DNA of 64,000 nt, from positions 79,938-143,937 of the forward strand of contig JBIOZG010000005.1 of the NCBI GenBank assembly GCA_044870765.1, written 5' to 3'. Shown one piece after another: positions 60,895-64,000 of the stretch (position 1 is its first letter; the number at the start of each line of letters is the position of its first letter). The notes below the pieces were generated by a model. It searched no databases. It was not told the DNA's origin and saw nothing but the letters and a program-made list of their open reading frames with translations. This DNA comes from Nitrososphaeraceae archaeon (GTDB lineage Archaea; Thermoproteota; Nitrososphaeria; Nitrososphaerales; Nitrososphaeraceae). A program made the translations under genes and the position numbers.

Positions 60895-61583
60895 TTTTTA
60901 AATACTTGTTCAATTTCCTTGGAGGCTTCATCAACATCCTTGTGGGAGTCTATCGATCGCCAATAATTATTTGAAAACTTTTTGGCCTTCAATTTTTGTT
61001 TCTCTACTAGCATAGGCAAGGTAACAGTTTCTAGGTTCCCATTATCCGGGAGGTAATCAAAAATATCATTTGAAAAATAATACACTCCCGCGTTAACCCA
61101 TCTATCCTCAATGTATGGTTTTTCTACAAACTTTGATACAAGATCACCATTCGTTTCTACAATACCAAACGTACTTTTCAAAGGAACTAACGCAAGTGTC
61201 ATTGATCCTTTGTCGGATATCGTAAAAGGATCTAAATTGGTCAAGATATCTCCATTGATAACAAAAAACCCGGAATCAGAGTTTCCGTTTTGAATTATGT
61301 GGTCTTTTGCATTCTTCAATGCACCGCCTGTTCCAAGGGGTACGTTCTCTTCAATATAGCTTATATTAACTCCAAATTTTTTACCATCCGCAAGATGATG
61401 CTTTATCTTCTCCCTTAGATGACCCACAAGTACGATAATATCTGTAATTCCGAATTTTTTTAACCATTTTACTTGCAATTCTATGATCGGTGTATTGTTG
61501 ATTTGGATCATAGGTTTTGGCCTATCTGACGTTAAAGGTCTTAGTCTTTTTCCCAGACCGCCAGCAAGAATAACTGTTATCAC
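60891..61583 (-). CDS. sugar-phosphate nucleotidyltransferase
   Basis: LAGGLGKRLRPLT..PKPM, PLGTGG, NGD, F.EKP. Confidence 0.9.
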   Translation of the reverse strand: MITVILAGGLGKRLRPLTSDRPKPMIQINNTPIIELQVKWLKKFGITDIIVLVGHLREKIKHHLADGKKFGVNISYIEENVPLGTGGALKNAKDHIIQNGNSDSGFFVINGDILTNLDPFTISDKGSMTLALVPLKSTFGIVETNGDLVSKFVEKPYIEDRWVNAGVYYFSNDIFDYLPDNGNLETVTLPMLVEKQKLKAKKFSNNYWRSIDSHKDVDEASKEIEQVFKK

Positions 61584-61653
61584 TTGATCCTCACTTGCAC
61601 AAATATTCTATATAAAAGTCATCCTGAATTTAATAGCGGAGGTACATGTTATT

Positions 61654-62196
61654 CTATTCTCTCGAATAAACGTATACACCGTCAAGAAAAACTCTTTGAT
61701 CCTTGTTTTTTACCCTAGTTGATAACTCTATATTAGCAGCGGTCTGCGAAACATGTTCCAGGTGAGGGCCAGTAATTACAATATCATCACCCTCTACGAC
61801 TACTTTTGTAGAATCACCCATTATCTTTGAAATTCTTGCCTTTCTCTCTCCAAAAAAATTCTCTACATATACTTTGCCATCTTTAACCTTCACAGTTATC
61901 GGAAAGTGCGCAAAGACCACTTTCATTTTATACTTGTATCCGTTTTCGACGCCCTTTATCATATTGTTGATAATGCTTTTCGTGGTTTTCGAAATTGCGA
62001 AATCTTTTCTCCTTGTTCCATACGGTTCAATCCTTACTATATTATTCTCTATTGCTAAAGACGCTGGAAGTTTAGCAAAATTTTTCTTTATGGTGCCCAA
62101 TTTGCCCTTCACTGATATTGTCCTATCTTCCAAAGTCACAGAAATGCCTTCTGGAATTTCTAACGTCGAAACATATTCTCTAGTAGACATACCCAA
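61654..62196 (-). CDS. rpl6: 50S ribosomal protein L6
   Basis: NMIKGV..G, AHFP, NFFGE, D.RVFLDG.Y. Confidence 0.96.
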   Translation of the reverse strand: MGMSTREYVSTLEIPEGISVTLEDRTISVKGKLGTIKKNFAKLPASLAIENNIVRIEPYGTRRKDFAISKTTKSIINNMIKGVENGYKYKMKVVFAHFPITVKVKDGKVYVENFFGERKARISKIMGDSTKVVVEGDDIVITGPHLEHVSQTAANIELSTRVKNKDQRVFLDGVYVYSRE

Positions 62197-62581
62197 CTAA
62201 TACTCCTCCTATTCCCATTTCCTGTGCTTCATGGTGAGTCATGACACCCTTACTAGTTGAGACTATCAAGATACCCATATTATACGCGGGTAAAAATTGC
62301 CTTTCCCAATTCAGGTATTGGTTTTTTCCAACGCTGAATTTTGGAGTTATTATACCGCATTTGTTTATTTTTGCCAACAATTGAATCTTGAATTTGCCGG
62401 CTCTGGAATCGTCAATTTGCTCAAATTCTCCAATGTATCGATGTTTCTGCATGACTCGTAGTACTTCACTTGAAAATCTGGAAGATGGACTAACTATGCA
62501 TTCTTTTTTCCTTCTGACTTCGTTGTTATATAGTGTTGTAAAAAGATTTGACAAAATATTTAATGCTGGCAATTCATTCAC
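62180..62581 (-). CDS. rps8: 30S ribosomal protein S8
   Basis: YIGEFE.IDD.R.GK, INKCG.I.P, STSKGVM.H.EA. Confidence 0.96.
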   Translation of the reverse strand: MNELPALNILSNLFTTLYNNEVRRKKECIVSPSSRFSSEVLRVMQKHRYIGEFEQIDDSRAGKFKIQLLAKINKCGIITPKFSVGKNQYLNWERQFLPAYNMGILIVSTSKGVMTHHEAQEMGIGGVLVGYVY

Positions 62582-62589
62582 CCATTTTC

Positions 62590-62769
62590 CTAATCATATT
62601 TCTTGAAACCTAATTTTATTGCTACTTCTCTAAAGCACTGTCTACAAAGCATTATTTTATAAGCCTGGATAAGTCCAGAATAGCAGCCACATCGCTTGCA
62701 CCATCTAGTACCTTTTCCGTGGATACGTTGTTTTCTGCCAGTGATATCATATTCTCTTGGCTTTGGCAT
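62590..62769 (-). CDS. rps14: 30S ribosomal protein S14 (not in ORF track)
   Basis: [28 protein letters not shown]...[19 protein letters not shown]. Confidence 0.95.
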   Translation of the reverse strand: MPKPREYDITGRKQRIHGKGTRWCKRCGCYSGLIQAYKIMLCRQCFREVAIKLGFKKYD

Positions 62770-63278
62770 TAGATCATCTCAACTCCTAGGTTCTTGAAAA
62801 ATCCAATTGCTTCTTCCTTTGAAATTCTGTGTTTTTTCCCCATTTTTCTTGGGTTGCTCTTTTTAATTATTCTATATCCGGGCCGCGACAATGAGATACA
62901 AACATTCATTCCGAAAATTCCAATATCTGGATTGTATTTTGCCCCCGGAATATCAATATGTTCACGAATTCCTAAGGAAATATTTCCAAAGTTATCAAAT
63001 GACGATTCTTTTAATTGGTTATTTTTTGATTGTATTATTCTCTTGGTAAATTCCAAAGCCTCATTATTTCTCAAAGTGACTTTGGCGCCAATTGGTTCAC
63101 CTTTATGGATTCCAAAATCTCTTACGTTATTTTTTGCGCCACATTGGGTGGGTTTTCGAGATGTTAGTTCTTCCAAAGCGTTTTTGGCTCGTTCCAGTGG
63201 TTCACCAGATTTTCCAACTCCGATATTTATTACGACCTTTTCCAAATTGATTTGTTTCATACTATTTACTGTACTCAT
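62769..63278 (-). CDS. rpl5: 50S ribosomal protein L5
   Basis: [37 protein letters not shown]. Confidence 0.96.
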   Translation of the reverse strand: MSTVNSMKQINLEKVVINIGVGKSGEPLERAKNALEELTSRKPTQCGAKNNVRDFGIHKGEPIGAKVTLRNNEALEFTKRIIQSKNNQLKESSFDNFGNISLGIREHIDIPGAKYNPDIGIFGMNVCISLSRPGYRIIKKSNPRKMGKKHRISKEEAIGFFKNLGVEMI

Positions 63279-63279
63279 A

Positions 63280-63999
63280 TTATGTGCTCACCTGAATTAA
63301 TGAAGAGTCGGTTCCAACAGCCATGACAATATCAATTGGTAACTCGACAGTTTTTTCACCCATCGAGACGAGTACCCTTCTAGGAAGAGAAAACGATCCA
63401 GTCTTGATTTCTTCAACCTTTCCAATATTACCAGCATTCTCGCCTCTGGTAACGATCACACTACACCCTTCCTTGAGCTGCACATGATGCTTGATACCAA
63501 AATCCGGTAACTGAACCAAACACGTGTCATTCACATTATATGAAGCATCTGATAGAAATGTTCTCCCATCATGTAGACTATATTGATACAAATTCTTCTT
63601 TGAAGAAACTTTAGATTTGATTTTTCCCAACTTCAAGTTTTTTTCCTTTGAATCTATTTTTATTGGAAGTAATGGAAGTCCCTTTGAAGGTACAAATCTA
63701 TATAATTCATTTGAAGGTATTAGTTCTACTGTGTCCATTAAACCAACTGGGAAGTTCGGATGACGAACCATTTTGCCATCTACGCTTACCAATCCTTTGT
63801 TTAACGATCTTTTTACTTCACGGATATCAGCGCAAACATGTAATAGGTCACGCAGTACTACTCCAATCGGATACGAAAATTTTCTAGTGTGAGGGCCTGG
63901 CATCGTATTGAGAATAAATCTTGCGCTTTTTCTATTAACCTGCCAGTAGCGAGGGGCAACTTGTCTTTTTAGTCTCTTGTCTCCTCCTTTTTTGGCCAT
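63280..63999 (-). CDS. rps4e: 30S ribosomal protein S4e
   Basis: LKR..AP..W, PGPH, VDGK....FPVGLMD, LHDG. Confidence 0.96.
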   Translation of the reverse strand: MAKKGGDKRLKRQVAPRYWQVNRKSARFILNTMPGPHTRKFSYPIGVVLRDLLHVCADIREVKRSLNKGLVSVDGKMVRHPNFPVGLMDTVELIPSNELYRFVPSKGLPLLPIKIDSKEKNLKLGKIKSKVSSKKNLYQYSLHDGRTFLSDASYNVNDTCLVQLPDFGIKHHVQLKEGCSVIVTRGENAGNIGKVEEIKTGSFSLPRRVLVSMGEKTVELPIDIVMAVGTDSSLIQVST

Positions 64000-64000
64000 G

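Overview
AT-rich archaeal chromosomal segment from an ammonia-oxidising thaumarchaeon (Nitrososphaerota; low GC and gene content suggest a Ca. Nitrosocosmicus-like genome). It is mostly housekeeping: uppS, pyrF, purA, a Grs-like radical SAM enzyme, DRG GTPase, the rpl21e-rpo4-DUF655-rsmA cluster, radA, a full sirC-hemA-hemB-hemL-hemC-cobA-hemD operon, sufB, cofD/cofC, RNase P RNA, gap, trpG/trpD, trmI, dph6, ffh, a degenerate pus10, argS, purS, an ESCRT-III/CdvB gene, bioA/bioB/bioF, a thiolase-DUF35 pair and part of the spc ribosomal operon. There are three tRNAs, two with non-canonical BHB introns. Two regions stand out. (1) A ~7.3 kb accessory island between dph6 and ffh holds gene remnants, secreted proteins, a GC-richer 1197-aa adhesin with seven CxxC-bearing Calx-beta domains, and a duplicated ffh upstream sequence. 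(2) The biotin locus contains an intact serine resolvase with a res-like upstream site and is bracketed by four 28-bp (11-6-11) dif-like palindromes, two of which flank tRNA-Asn. No CRISPR array, transposase or integrase was seen. All family assignments come from motif recognition by eye; no database searches were run.
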